A stretch of DNA of 64,000 nucleotides from Luteolibacter sp. (GCA_964202135.1 CAXNHR010000001.1:2795-66794); one strand, 5' to 3'. Counted from the stretch's first letter, positions 20,132 through 30,645 are shown. The notes: generated by a model not told the origin, from the sequence alone. Numbers and translations are program-made.

Positions 20132-21841
20132 ATGAGCGCCACGCTCACCGCACCCACCAATACTGAACTCAACGACCTGATCGACTCCAAATTCCGCGAA
20201 TTCCGCGAAGGATCGATCGTCAAGGGCACCATCCTGGAAATCCGCCCGCAGGTCGTGCTCGTCGATATCGGCTACAAGTCCGAAGGCGCCATCCCGGCCA
20301 ATGAATTCGAGGACGATGAAATCGAAATCGGCGACGAAATCGAAGTCCTTCTCGAAAAACTCGAAAACGACGAGGGCATGGTCGTCCTCTCGAAGGAAAA
20401 AGCCGCCCACAAGCAGAACTGGGAAAAGATCGTCAAGGTCTTCCAGGACGGCGGTCTCGTCCGCGGCAAGGTCAAGGGTGTCGTCAAGGGCGGCCTCACC
20501 GTCAACGTCGGCGTCGAAGCCTTCCTTCCCGGTTCACAGGTGGACATCATCCCGCCGAAGGACCTCAACGAATACGTTGGCAACGTCTATGAGTTCAAGA
20601 TCGTCAAGGTCAACGACGAGCGCAAGAACATCGTGCTTTCCCGCCGCGAAGTCATCGAAGCCGAACGCTCCGAACTCCGCCAGCAGTTCCTCACCGGCGT
20701 CAAGATCGGCGACAAGGTCACCGGCACGATCAAGAACATCACCGACTTCGGCGCCTTCGTCGATCTGCAGGGCATGGACGGCCTGCTTCACATCACCGAC
20801 ATGTCGTGGGGCCGCATCAACCATCCTTCCGAGCTGCTGCACATCGGCCAGTCCGTCGATGTCGTCATTCTCGACGTGGACAAGGAGAAAGAGCGCGTTT
20901 CGCTCGGCCTCAAGCAAATGTCCGAGAACCCTTGGGAAGACATCGAGCGCAAGTTCCCGATTGGCCAGCACGTCAAAGGCCGCGTCACCAAGCTCCTGCC
21001 CTACGGCGCGTTTGTGGAAATCGAAAAAGGCGTCGAAGGCCTGGTCCACGTTTCCGAACTCAGCTGGGTCAAGCGCATCACCCGCCCGAGCGACGTGCTC
21101 GAGATCGGCCAGGAAATCCAGGCCGTGGTGCTCGGCATTTCCATCGACGAGCAGAAGATTTCGCTCGGTGTCCGCCAACTCGACGCCAATCCGTGGGATG
21201 AAATCGAACTCCGCTACCCGGTGGGCGCCACCATCAAGGGCCCGGTCCGCAACCTCACCGCTTATGGCGCGTTTGTGGAACTCGAGGAAGGCATCGACGG
21301 CATGATCCACGTTTCCGACATGTCGTGGACGCGCAAGATCAACCACCCCTCCGAAATGCTCAAGAAGGGCGACGAGGTGGAAGCCGTGGTGCTCGCCATC
21401 GACAAGGCCAACCAGCGCGTCTCGCTGGGCATCAAGCAGGCCGAGAGCGATCCGTGGAGCCTCATCGACAGCCGCTTCAAGGTCGGCGATCTCGTCAAGG
21501 GCACGGTTGCGAAAATCGCTTCCTTCGGTGCTTTTGTCAGCCTCGATGGCGATATCGACGGCCTTATCCACATCTCGCAACTCAGCGAAGACCACGTGGA
21601 GAAGGTCAAGGACATCATCAAGGTGGGCGAAGAGATCGAAGCCCGGGTTATCAAGGTGGACAAGGTCGAGCGCCGCATTGGTCTCTCGATCAAGGCCGTC
21701 GGTTACTCCGAAGAGCAGCTCAAGAAGGAAAGCGCCAGCTTCGAAAGCCTCCGTCCGTCTTCCGAGATGGTGGGCCTCGAGCAAGCGTTCAACCTCGCAT
21801 CCGCCGCCGCTTCCGAAGAGTGGAGCCCAGGCCAGGAATGA
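20132..21841 (+). CDS. rpsA: 30S ribosomal protein S1
   Basis: Six S1 repeats (FGAFV..DGLLHI.. SLG), highly biased codon usage. Confidence 0.97.
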   Translation: MSATLTAPTNTELNDLIDSKFREFREGSIVKGTILEIRPQVVLVDIGYKSEGAIPANEFEDDEIEIGDEIEVLLEKLENDEGMVVLSKEKAAHKQNWEKIVKVFQDGGLVRGKVKGVVKGGLTVNVGVEAFLPGSQVDIIPPKDLNEYVGNVYEFKIVKVNDERKNIVLSRREVIEAERSELRQQFLTGVKIGDKVTGTIKNITDFGAFVDLQGMDGLLHITDMSWGRINHPSELLHIGQSVDVVILDVDKEKERVSLGLKQMSENPWEDIERKFPIGQHVKGRVTKLLPYGAFVEIEKGVEGLVHVSELSWVKRITRPSDVLEIGQEIQAVVLGISIDEQKISLGVRQLDANPWDEIELRYPVGATIKGPVRNLTAYGAFVELEEGIDGMIHVSDMSWTRKINHPSEMLKKGDEVEAVVLAIDKANQRVSLGIKQAESDPWSLIDSRFKVGDLVKGTVAKIASFGAFVSLDGDIDGLIHISQLSEDHVEKVKDIIKVGEEIEARVIKVDKVERRIGLSIKAVGYSEEQLKKESASFESLRPSSEMVGLEQAFNLASAAASEEWSPGQE

Positions 21842-21874
21842 TCCAACCACGGCGGTCGCAGACCGCTGCAAATC

Positions 21875-21910
21875 AAAAAAGCCGGACGGGTTTGCTCGTC
21901 CGGCTTTTTT
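21875..21910. terminator. Bidirectional intrinsic terminator after rpsA
   Basis: aaaaaa-gccggacggg-tttg-ctcgtccggc-tttttt. Confidence 0.85.
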
Positions 21911-22109
21911 CTTTCGCCTATCAGGCGGTGTTCATCGAATGAGGCCAACCGATCCGGTGGGGTGACAGGGAGGAAACTGAGCTTTGTGGAAAACAAAGCG
22001 ACCTCAACTCCAGGCGCGGGCAGCCCGCATAACAAAACGCGCGTCGGACCTTGGTATAAGCCAAGGTATAAAAGACCTGAATCTCAAACCCAACTCATTG
22101 AAAATGATA

Positions 22110-22467
22110 TGGTGGAGGCGAGGGGAGTCGAACCCCTGTCCGGAACGCCGTCAACGATGGTATCTACACGTTTAGCGGATCATCTGGAGTTTCGGAACCG
22201 CTGGGCCGACCCGCCGCGTTGCGTTTCCTAGTGTCCTGTTGGATCTCGATGGGAAACCCGGCCACCCGGTTTTCCATCCAGCCTTCTGAGGTGTCGTCGT
22301 CCCCCTCAGAAGGCGTCGGGGTTCGGACGTGACTGTCAATTAAGCAGCCAATGCGAGCTCGTTGGAGTCTGCATTTATTTGTTTTGAGCGGCTTTTTAGG
22401 AGGCCAGCCGATCAACCTCCACGTGCAACCAGCGCTTCAGACATTCCGTCGAAACCGGAACGCCCCC
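22110..22467 (-). ncRNA. ssrA: tmRNA; tag peptide ADSNELALAA* at 22372..22340
   Basis: 5' GGGGGCGTTCCGGTTTCGAC; 3' GGTTCGACTCCCCTCGCCTCCACCA; internal ataaat-GCA...GCT GCT TAA reading frame. Confidence 0.96.
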
Positions 22468-22546
22468 TGTCGCTGAGAGAATTCAAGATGCACCCGCCGG
22501 TAGCCGATGCAACCGGAATCTTGGATATTTTAGGAATGCTGCCGGC

Positions 22547-22591
22547 TGAAAAAACCACGGGCGTCGGATCCCTTGTTCCGACGCCCGTGGG
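22547..22591 (-). terminator. Intrinsic terminator downstream of the MoxR/DUF58 operon
   Basis: ccacgggcgtcgga...tccgacgcccgtgg hairpin followed by a T-run on the minus strand. Confidence 0.75.
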
Positions 22592-22685
22592 CCCTTTGGG
22601 GGGGCAATTGTGCTATCCCTTACGGAGGAAAGACTGCCACAAAACGGCCGCATCGCCATTACGTGATCGCGTAATGGTGAGGGCA

Positions 22686-23990
22686 TCAGATCCTGCCCGA
22701 GGCCTTGATGTCGTGATAGCGGTTGGCCAGTGCCACGGGAAACTCCGCAGCGGTGGAATCGAGTGTGAGGATGCCGAAGCCACCGAGGGCGGCAAGGATT
22801 TCGCGGCGTTCCTGGACGTAGCGGCCGGCTGCGAGGTGGCGCAGCGCGGTGGGAAACGAATCGACGGGATCGGCAAAGGCATGGCTCACGATTTCCTCGC
22901 GCATGCTGGCAAGCAGCACGAGGTGGCGCGAGTGGAGCACTTGCAGTGCGGGCAGCAGTTCCTTGCCGTCCTCGCCGCGCAAGTTGGTGAGCACGATCAC
23001 CAGCGAGCGCCGCCGCTGGCGGGTCATGAGTTTTTCCACGGCCTCGGAAAAATCGCTGGGCGCGGGTGTGGTCTGGTAGTCGTAGAGATGGTTGAGCAGA
23101 ACGGGCATGGCGTGGCTGCCTTTCATCGGCGGCAGCCAGCGGTCGCTGCCTCCGAAGGATTTGACCGCCACCTGGTCGCCCTGGCGCAGCGCCACATGGG
23201 CCACCAGCAGAATGGCGTTGAGCACGTGGTCGAACTGCGGCACGCCGCCATCCAGCGCGCGCATCCGCCGGCCGGTGTCTAACAAAAATACCACCGACTG
23301 GTCGCGCTGCTCCTGATAGTCGCGGCTGATGAGCATCTGCCTGCGCGAGCTGGCCTTCCAATCGATTTGCGAAAACGGATCGCCATCGCGGTAATCGCGC
23401 AGTTGGTGGAAATCCCGGCTCGATCCTGGGCGCGGGCGTCGGACGATGCCGAGCGGGTAGTCGCGGTGCTGCATGGCCAGCAACGCGAACCGCACGACCG
23501 GCTCGTAGTTCGGATAAACCTTCACCGTTTGCTGCGCGAGATGGCTGGTTTTGCGCAGCCAGAATCCCCACGGGGAAACGCGCCGCAGTTGGACTTGTGA
23601 AAAGACCGCCTCGCCGCGCTGCATGATTCTCACCGGATGAAACACCCGGATTTCGCGCTTGGCGGGGACTGCGCCGGACCATGGCATGGCCTCCGCCACG
23701 GAGTCTTGCGGGATGCCGTCGAAGATCTCGATATGAGCCGAGCGCGGGCCGGGATTCGCGAGACAAAGCATCACCTCGCCGGATTCACCGAATGCAAAGC
23801 GCCCGGGCAGGCGGCGCGTCACTTCCACTGGCGGCAGCAATCGCAGCCACAAGGCATCGGCCAGCAGCAACGCGCACGCTGCTGCGCCAAGCCATTTCCA
23901 CACCGGCAGCAAGGGCGGCCAAAGCACGGCCACCAAGGCCAGCAACAGCCAGCATAGGGCAAACACCAGCAATCGTCGGGTGGGAATCAT
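22686..23990 (-). CDS. DUF58 (vWA-associated) protein
   Basis: FHQLRDYRDGD...IDWKASSR, LLDTGRRM. Confidence 0.9.
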   Translation of the reverse strand: MIPTRRLLVFALCWLLLALVAVLWPPLLPVWKWLGAAACALLLADALWLRLLPPVEVTRRLPGRFAFGESGEVMLCLANPGPRSAHIEIFDGIPQDSVAEAMPWSGAVPAKREIRVFHPVRIMQRGEAVFSQVQLRRVSPWGFWLRKTSHLAQQTVKVYPNYEPVVRFALLAMQHRDYPLGIVRRPRPGSSRDFHQLRDYRDGDPFSQIDWKASSRRQMLISRDYQEQRDQSVVFLLDTGRRMRALDGGVPQFDHVLNAILLVAHVALRQGDQVAVKSFGGSDRWLPPMKGSHAMPVLLNHLYDYQTTPAPSDFSEAVEKLMTRQRRRSLVIVLTNLRGEDGKELLPALQVLHSRHLVLLASMREEIVSHAFADPVDSFPTALRHLAAGRYVQERREILAALGGFGILTLDSTAAEFPVALANRYHDIKASGRI

Positions 23991-24002
23991 AGGCCAGAAA
24001 TC

Positions 24003-24995
24003 CTACCCACGCGGCGCGGGCACGCCCTCGATGATGCCGCGCAGCACCTCGTCCACTTCCTGGCCGCTGATGGCGACTTCCGGCGTGAGCTGCACGCGGT
24101 GGCGCAGGACCGGGAGCGCTGCGGATTTGAGATCATCCGGAGTGACATATTCCCTGCCCTCCAGCGCGGCGAAGGCCTTGCCGATGCGCACCAGGCTGAT
24201 CGCGCCGCGAGTGCCGGCGCCCAGCGAGATGGCGCGCGACTCGCGGGTGGCCTGGGCGATGGCCACCGCGTAAGCAACGACCTCCGGCACCACCTGAATG
24301 GCGGCCGTGACTTGTTGCGCGGCGACGATTTCCCGCGGGCCGCAGACGAGCTCCACGGCATCGGAGGCTTCACCGGGCACTTCGGCGGCGGCGCGTTGCA
24401 CGATGCGGCACTCGGCCTCGCGTGCGGGATAGCCGATAAGGATTTTCATGATGAAGCGGTCGAGCTGCGCCTCGGGCAGCGGATAGGTGCCTTCGTGCTC
24501 CACCGGATTCTGGGTGGCGAGCGTCATGAACGGCGGCGGAAGTTTCAGCGTCTCGCCATCAATGGTCACCTGCCGCTCCTGCATCACTTCCAACAGGGCC
24601 GCCTGGGTTTTCGCGGGCGCACGGTTGATTTCATCGGCTAACAGAAGATTCGTGAAGACCGGCCCCTGGCGGAGCTGGAAGGTCTGGCTCCTCATGTCAA
24701 ACATGCGGAAACCCGTCACGTCGGATGGCATCAGGTCGGGCGTGAACTGGATGCGTCCGCTGGCACCGCCGAAAGTGCGGGCCAGGGTGGTGACGAGCTG
24801 GGTCTTGCCGAGGCCGGGCTTGCCTTCCAACAGAACGTGGCCGCCCGCCAGCAATGCGGCGAGCACCTGGTCGATCACCACATCCTGGCCGAGTATCACG
24901 CGGCGGATCTGTTCACGCATGCGCTGGATCAGCTCGGCAAGGCTGTGGACGGGCGGGATTTCCGGATGAAGCGGCGGTGTGGAATCTGGCATCAT
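24003..24995 (-). CDS. MoxR family AAA+ ATPase
   Basis: GKPGLGKT, RIQFTPDLMPSD, LADEINRAPAKTQ, ATQNPVE.EGTYPLPEAQLDRF. Confidence 0.95.
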   Translation of the reverse strand: MMPDSTPPLHPEIPPVHSLAELIQRMREQIRRVILGQDVVIDQVLAALLAGGHVLLEGKPGLGKTQLVTTLARTFGGASGRIQFTPDLMPSDVTGFRMFDMRSQTFQLRQGPVFTNLLLADEINRAPAKTQAALLEVMQERQVTIDGETLKLPPPFMTLATQNPVEHEGTYPLPEAQLDRFIMKILIGYPAREAECRIVQRAAAEVPGEASDAVELVCGPREIVAAQQVTAAIQVVPEVVAYAVAIAQATRESRAISLGAGTRGAISLVRIGKAFAALEGREYVTPDDLKSAALPVLRHRVQLTPEVAISGQEVDEVLRGIIEGVPAPRG

Positions 24996-26092
24996 GGCAT
25001 GGATGGGTGTTGGAGTGATTTGAGCAATTGCTGGAGATCGGCGGTGGTGCGGATGAGATCGCTGGCGTCGGACGGAGTCCTGTCTGTTAGAGCACGGGCC
25101 ACGCGATCGGGCGGCAGTCCGGCGCGCTCGGCGAGAAACTGCCGGATGTCATCGCCGCGGCGGCCGGCGGCAAGCATGGCGCGCTGGCCGGATTCCGCAA
25201 TCTGCTCGCGCAGCGAAGCGAGCAGCGACTGTGCGTGGTCGAGCTTCCATTGGAAATGCCCGAGCGCCTCCAAGTGATGATCGTAGCCGCGCAAGGCGGA
25301 TGGCGGCATGGCGGCTTCCAGCGGACCGAAGCGGCTGAAGTTTTTCCACAGCCAAAGCAGCAGCAGAACGGCCAAGGCCAGCAGAACCGGCGACAGGTGC
25401 TCGCGCAGCAAGGCCCGGAAGGAAAGCCCGGAGCCACGCATGAAAAACACGGTGCCAGGGTTTGCTGACGCGGCGATCAGTGCATGCAATAAGGGTGCAT
25501 GATCGTTTTCAGCGATCCAGCGGTTGCGGAAAAGCCGGCCGTCGGTGAGCACCGTGATGCGTCCGGCACCATGTTCCACCGATGCAAAGACACCTGACCT
25601 GCCATCGTTCGCCAACACCGAACATTGCGAATCCGCGTCCACTTTGAACATGTTGCCAGCAAACCCGATGCTCCGCGCGCTGGCCCGGCCGCGTTCGTCA
25701 AATCCGATGCCCGCACGCTCCAACATGTTGCGCAGCGCCGCCTCCACCACCGGCGGCGGATGGCTGCCGGTCCAATCGTTGGTCGCCGCGTCCGCCTTCT
25801 CGATGAGCAGGATGAGGTGCCCGCCATCATCCACCCACCGCTCCATCCGGCGGGTGAAACTTTCATTGCTCAAAATCGCCGCCGGAAGCAGGCACACCGC
25901 ATCCCCCCGCTCCGGCGCGCGCCATGCGATCTCCGCGCGGACCTCGCCGCCGCTGCGCCGCACGAAACGCTCCGCCGCAAGCCACGGGTTCACCCGCGCC
26001 CGGCCTTTGTAGCCGGTCTCTCGCTCGATCTCGGTGTAGTCGCAGCCTGTTAGAAAAAGCGCCGCGGTGATTGTTAGACAAACCCTCCTCAC
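24992..26092 (-). CDS. DUF4350-like lipoprotein of MoxR operons
   Basis: Lipobox LTGC, NPWLAA, C-terminal TM then RFGP; operon context. Confidence 0.7.
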   Translation of the reverse strand: MRRVCLTITAALFLTGCDYTEIERETGYKGRARVNPWLAAERFVRRSGGEVRAEIAWRAPERGDAVCLLPAAILSNESFTRRMERWVDDGGHLILLIEKADAATNDWTGSHPPPVVEAALRNMLERAGIGFDERGRASARSIGFAGNMFKVDADSQCSVLANDGRSGVFASVEHGAGRITVLTDGRLFRNRWIAENDHAPLLHALIAASANPGTVFFMRGSGLSFRALLREHLSPVLLALAVLLLLWLWKNFSRFGPLEAAMPPSALRGYDHHLEALGHFQWKLDHAQSLLASLREQIAESGQRAMLAAGRRGDDIRQFLAERAGLPPDRVARALTDRTPSDASDLIRTTADLQQLLKSLQHPSMP

Positions 26093-27537
26093 GGTTCCCT
26101 CCTTTCACCGAATGGCCATTGCCTGCACAGCGCCTCCACCTCCGCATCCTCGGGGCAGCGCCGTGCGTAAGCCATGCGCATCCATGCGCCGGTGATGCCG
26201 CGGAAGTATCCCGGCTGCGCGGCAGCCCCCGCTTCCTCGACGCGGCGCAGGCAGTCGCCCTCGGTATCCGACTCGCGGATCCCGACGCGCGCCGCCTCGA
26301 TGATCCTGGAGATCGAGCCGCGGTAGAGCAGCCCCAGCGCATCGTGCCGCCGGCCCTTGCACCAGAGTTCCCACGCGGCAGCCGGCACATCGTCTGGAAG
26401 GCTCTCCGCAGAAACCTCCATTCCCATGACCACCCGTGCTGTTAGAGGTTCCGCCCGGTCGCCCGCGGCAGAGATGCGGGCCCTTGCGAACAAGTGGCGG
26501 TTCGTCCAGAGCAGCCATGCGATGAAGCCCAGCAAGGACGCCACCGTCACGAACATCAGAATTTTCCCCAGCCACTCCGCCACGCCGGATGCGCGCAGCC
26601 AGTCGAAGGACCAGGATTTGTTCCGCTGTTTGGGCACCCGCTCGGTCACCGTGTGAACCTTGAAATCCGGGTCCGCCTTGACCTCGCGGATCACCTGCGC
26701 CGGATCTGCCGCGTCATCCGCGCGGGAAACAGCCGGCATCCAGCACAGACAGAGCATCACCGCCAGCAGCAGGCCGCCGCCCAGGCGCCTGCCGAGGCGC
26801 TTGAAGGCCAGTTCCACATCCCAGCCTTCCAGCCAGGTCCGGTTGTTGAGATAAACTCCGAAGCCCGCGCCGGTGACAAACACATCGGTGAGGGACATCG
26901 CCAGCATCACGCAGCAGACCACCGCGCGCAGGATCAGCAACGGGATTTCCGCCGGATTCGCGGGATCCCAGCTTTCCATCGCCATCTGCCAAGCTCCGTC
27001 CTGGCCTTGTGGGATGAAAATGCCCACCAGGATCAAAATGGCCAAGCCGAACCAACAGGCGGCAAGATCCCCTAACAGATAGATCCACATCACCGCGCCC
27101 ACGCCACGGCGCGCCAGCTGGCGGCAGCGTTGTTTGTGCGCCTTGCCGCGCAGCCCCTCCAGGTCCTCCACCGCCAGGGTGACTGGCAGCCACGGCGAGA
27201 GCCGGCCGATGATGAAACGGTGGAGAAACCGCCGTGTCCACGCCCGGGGCAGCTGCCGCAGCGTTTCGCGCCAGCGCGGTTTTTCGCCGAACAAGCGTCG
27301 GCCGAGCTCGAAGAGCACCATGCGCGAGGCCGCCGGTTTGCACCACCAGAACAGCATCAGCCACAGCAGCGGCGACTCCCACAGCCACCAACCCGCCAGC
27401 GCCACCGGCACCAGCATGGCCAGCCACCACGCCGCGAAACAACGCCAGAAATCCCTGCGAACCAGCGCGAAACCAAGGTCCACCGCCTCCCAGTCGCTGC
27501 GCGGGCGGATCTCCGCCGTCACCGATTCAAGCCGCAT
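26089..27537 (-). CDS. DUF4129-like membrane protein
   Basis: RPRS.WEAVDLG, R..LEGWDVEL, TEGDCL. Confidence 0.75.
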   Translation of the reverse strand: MRLESVTAEIRPRSDWEAVDLGFALVRRDFWRCFAAWWLAMLVPVALAGWWLWESPLLWLMLFWWCKPAASRMVLFELGRRLFGEKPRWRETLRQLPRAWTRRFLHRFIIGRLSPWLPVTLAVEDLEGLRGKAHKQRCRQLARRGVGAVMWIYLLGDLAACWFGLAILILVGIFIPQGQDGAWQMAMESWDPANPAEIPLLILRAVVCCVMLAMSLTDVFVTGAGFGVYLNNRTWLEGWDVELAFKRLGRRLGGGLLLAVMLCLCWMPAVSRADDAADPAQVIREVKADPDFKVHTVTERVPKQRNKSWSFDWLRASGVAEWLGKILMFVTVASLLGFIAWLLWTNRHLFARARISAAGDRAEPLTARVVMGMEVSAESLPDDVPAAAWELWCKGRRHDALGLLYRGSISRIIEAARVGIRESDTEGDCLRRVEEAGAAAQPGYFRGITGAWMRMAYARRCPEDAEVEALCRQWPFGERREP

Positions 27538-28498
27538 CGCCCGCCCTCCTTCCCGCCATCAGGAAATATGCTGTTAGAAAAACCCATCCCGCGATACCAA
27601 CCGCGTATTTCAACTCGGGTGCCACCGGCTGTGCCGACCAGAATCCCTCGATGACCGCCGCCAGCGCCGTGAGCATGGCCGCGCCGTAGATCAGTGGCAG
27701 GGCTTGCTTTGAAGCCTCCACCAGCGCACGGGTGCGCGGCAGGCGGCCCGGCCGCAGGATCGCCAGGCCCAGCCGCATGCCGGCCATGCCGGAAATCACC
27801 ATGCCCAGCAGTTCGAAGGACGAATGCCCGCTCACAAAACTCCAGAACGATTCCGGATCACAGGCATGGTTCACATATCCGGCGGCCGCACCGAGATGCA
27901 GGCCGTTGAAGAGCAGGAAAAAGATGGTTCCCAGCCCGGCCGCCATGCCACCCGCGAAGATCCGGAATCCGATCGAGACGTTGTTATGGATATAGAAACA
28001 AAACATCATGAAATTGGAGCCATACTCCTCCCGCAAATGGGCGATCTGCTGCTCCTGCCCGCCATACATCCGCTCCATCGATGCCATGCCCTCCGCGCCG
28101 AGCAGCGCCTGGATCCAGCGGATCTCATGTGCGGAGGAAAACATCATCGCGAAAAAGGGCAGCCAGAACACCGCATTGCAGAGCCAGAACAGCCGCCGCT
28201 CGCGCCGCACCGCCCGCGGGAAATCCGCAATCACGAAAGACAGCAATTTGCGCAGCCCGCCGCGGCCCGGACGATAAATCAATTCATAACCACGGATCAC
28301 CAGCGCATTGAGCCGCTCCGTGATCCGCGCGCCATACATCCGCGACTCCGCCAGCGAGAGGTCCACGCACAACTCGCGGAAACGCCGCGGCATCTCGCCG
28401 GCCTGCGGACCCCTGCCGCCTTTTTCCAAAACTCCAACCAGGCGTTCGTATTCCTCCCAACGGTCCTGGTTTTGATGCTCGAAGTCTCCGGAAGTCAT
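27527..28498 (-). CDS. Stage II sporulation protein M (SpoIIM / DUF95) family membrane protein
   Basis: FYIHNN, NGLHLG, GHSSFEL, AAVIEGF. Confidence 0.85.
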   Translation of the reverse strand: MTSGDFEHQNQDRWEEYERLVGVLEKGGRGPQAGEMPRRFRELCVDLSLAESRMYGARITERLNALVIRGYELIYRPGRGGLRKLLSFVIADFPRAVRRERRLFWLCNAVFWLPFFAMMFSSAHEIRWIQALLGAEGMASMERMYGGQEQQIAHLREEYGSNFMMFCFYIHNNVSIGFRIFAGGMAAGLGTIFFLLFNGLHLGAAAGYVNHACDPESFWSFVSGHSSFELLGMVISGMAGMRLGLAILRPGRLPRTRALVEASKQALPLIYGAAMLTALAAVIEGFWSAQPVAPELKYAVGIAGWVFLTAYFLMAGRRAGDAA

Positions 28499-28591
28499 GC
28501 AGGCGGGTGTGGCATTCAGGCCATGGCGAGACTGCACTCACGCATTCGCCGCGTCGATGCCCAACTTGCGGGAAAATCCGGCTTCCACGCC

Positions 28592-28722
28592 ATGGTTGTC
28601 TTGCCAGACTCCGGCACACGTACTTCTCAGGACGTCATCGAATCCTTCATCACCGGCGGGAAAAACTCCGGTGCCGCCGGGCGCGCGAACTATCAGATGT
28701 CATTTCCGAACTCTGCGACATC
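28592..28722 (+). pseudogene. N-terminal stub of an MmeI-like (Type IIL) restriction-modification enzyme
   Basis: Reads IESFITGGKNSGAAGRANYQM then, after a frameshift, ISELCDI; matches the remembered MmeI-family N-terminus FIxxWxxSGxxERANYQxFxxELC. Confidence 0.6.
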
Positions 28723-29288
28723 CGGTTTTTCATGATGCCCGCCGCAAGCTCGAACTCGGCGACTACCTCGGCCTGGTGCTCTTCGGCTTGCCAATCCCAT
28801 TGCCAGAACCCTGCGCGGCCTGAGCCATTGCTCGAAATTCCCGAAGGCGCGCAGGGAGGTTTGCTCCAATCCGGCCAGTTTGGGCATTCTACGGAGCCGG
28901 AACGAATGGCAGTTCGAAGGGCGTGAAGCTCCATTTGTCATTTCACGTCGGGGCGGACATTCCGGCCAGGGCTTCGGTTTGCGGGGCAGCGGTTTGCGAA
29001 CGCGGCCATGATCAGTGATAAGGAATTGAAGGAGTTCTCGTCCGAGAGTTGGTCGGCGAACAGCGCCGGCTCGAGTCAAAGACCCGCGAGGCGTTCCGGA
29101 AAAGACTCTGAAGAGACATCAAAGGCGCAAGCCGGCACCGCGGCCGGCGGGCATTGGCGTGCCTTGACGGGAGGGATGAGCAGTGGTCTCTGCGAGACCC
29201 ACGCATGGGGTTGTCGCCGCAAGGGACATTGAAAACGTTCCTGCGGAAATTCGGCTGGAGGCAGCAGCTAACATGCCGAACACTCTTG
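28719..29288 (+). mobile_element. Degenerate IS4-family-like element, left end lost, right TIR intact
   Basis: About 140 bp near-identical to 49777..49915 (FHDARRKLELGDYLGLVLFG); right end gcagctaacatgccgaacactcttg is the reverse complement of the 49553 left end. Confidence 0.75.
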
Positions 29289-29324
29289 GTCTGCGACCCT
29301 CGCTGCATGCCACTCCATTAGCTC

Positions 29325-30551
29325 TTATCCGGGCAGCGCGTCGCGTGAAATGCCGCGCAACTCAAAGACCTTGAAGATGGTTTCCTCTATCAGGTTGTTC
29401 GGGCATGAGGCGCCGGCGGTGATGCCCACCGTGACGGCCTGCTCCGGTTCCAGCCACTTGGCATGGTGCGAAGTGACCTCCTGTTTCCGGTGAAGATCAT
29501 AATGCACAATCTCCTCCAGCGAACGGATGCATGAGGCGTCGCGGATGAAAAAGGTCGGCACTTCCGGTTCCGCGATCTCGACCAGGTGTGCGGTGTTGGA
29601 ACTGTTATAACCGCCGACCACCAGCAGCACGTCCATTGGATTCCTGAGCATCTCGAACAAGGCGTCCTGGCGCTCCTGCGTGGCACCGCAGATGGTGTCG
29701 AAAAAATGGAAAGAGCCGGCATTGCCATCACGATCCTCAACCGCCTTGCGGATCCGCCGCTGGATTTCCTCGGTCTCGCTCTTGAGCATGGTCGTCTGGT
29801 TGGCCACGCCCACTTTGCTGAGATGAACGTCCGGATCGAACCCCGGCGAGTGACTGCCCTCAAAGCGCGCGAGGAACTCCGCCTTGTCGCCACCGCGGCG
29901 GATGTAATCGCAGACGGAATCGACATCCGCGAGCGTGAGCACGATGAGGTAGTGTCCACCGCCATTCTCGCCAAGGGCGCGCGAGGCGGTGGCGCGGGTT
30001 TCCTCATGATTGGCCTTGCCGTGGATGATGGAAGTGACGCCGTCCTTGGCGTAGCCGCGCACGCGCCGCCAGACTTTCATGACATCACCGCAGGTGGTGT
30101 CCACGACGTAGCAGCCCTTTTCCGCCACTTTTTCCATGAATGCGGTAGGCGCGCCAAAGGCCGGAACAATGACCACATCGTCCTCGGTGAGATCCTCGTA
30201 ATCTCCTGTTAGATCCTGCCACGGCAGGGAAACAATGCCCATTTCCCGCAGGTGGCCGTTCACATCCGGATTGTGGATGATCTCGCCAATCAAAAAGATC
30301 CGCTGATCGGGAAATACGCGGCGAGAGGCGTAGGCGAGGTCGATGGCGCGCTCCACGCCATAGCAGAAGCCGAATTGTTCGGCGAGCAGCAGGGTCGTAT
30401 TGCCAACGGTGATCCTGCCGCCGCTGTCGCGCAGTTTCTCGACGATGGACGAGTGGAAATGCACCGCCACCTCCGCGGCAACGAGTTCCATCACATCCGG
30501 CCGGCGGATGTTGATGCGGGGGCGTTTGCTCTCGGCGGATGCGCTGCTCAT
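29325..30551 (-). CDS. ispH: 4-hydroxy-3-methylbut-2-enyl diphosphate reductase
   Basis: FGFCYGVERA, IIHN, DTTC, HEET, QTT, TICGATQERQ, SSNT, TAGASCP. Confidence 0.95.
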   Translation of the reverse strand: MSSASAESKRPRINIRRPDVMELVAAEVAVHFHSSIVEKLRDSGGRITVGNTTLLLAEQFGFCYGVERAIDLAYASRRVFPDQRIFLIGEIIHNPDVNGHLREMGIVSLPWQDLTGDYEDLTEDDVVIVPAFGAPTAFMEKVAEKGCYVVDTTCGDVMKVWRRVRGYAKDGVTSIIHGKANHEETRATASRALGENGGGHYLIVLTLADVDSVCDYIRRGGDKAEFLARFEGSHSPGFDPDVHLSKVGVANQTTMLKSETEEIQRRIRKAVEDRDGNAGSFHFFDTICGATQERQDALFEMLRNPMDVLLVVGGYNSSNTAHLVEIAEPEVPTFFIRDASCIRSLEEIVHYDLHRKQEVTSHHAKWLEPEQAVTVGITAGASCPNNLIEETIFKVFELRGISRDALPG

Positions 30552-30645
30552 GGCTGCTGGATATAGTCCGGAATCGAGGATCCGCCAGCGCATTTCATAC
30601 AATCGCTTGCGCCCGCTCTTGAATCCGCGTCAAATCCCCCTGCCC

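Noticed and set aside
20534-21871. 445-aa minus-strand ORF
   Set aside because: Antisense shadow of rpsA caused by strong codon bias
22110-22145. tRNA gene
   Set aside because: The T-arm and CCA belong to the tmRNA; a tag frame is present and there is no anticodon arm
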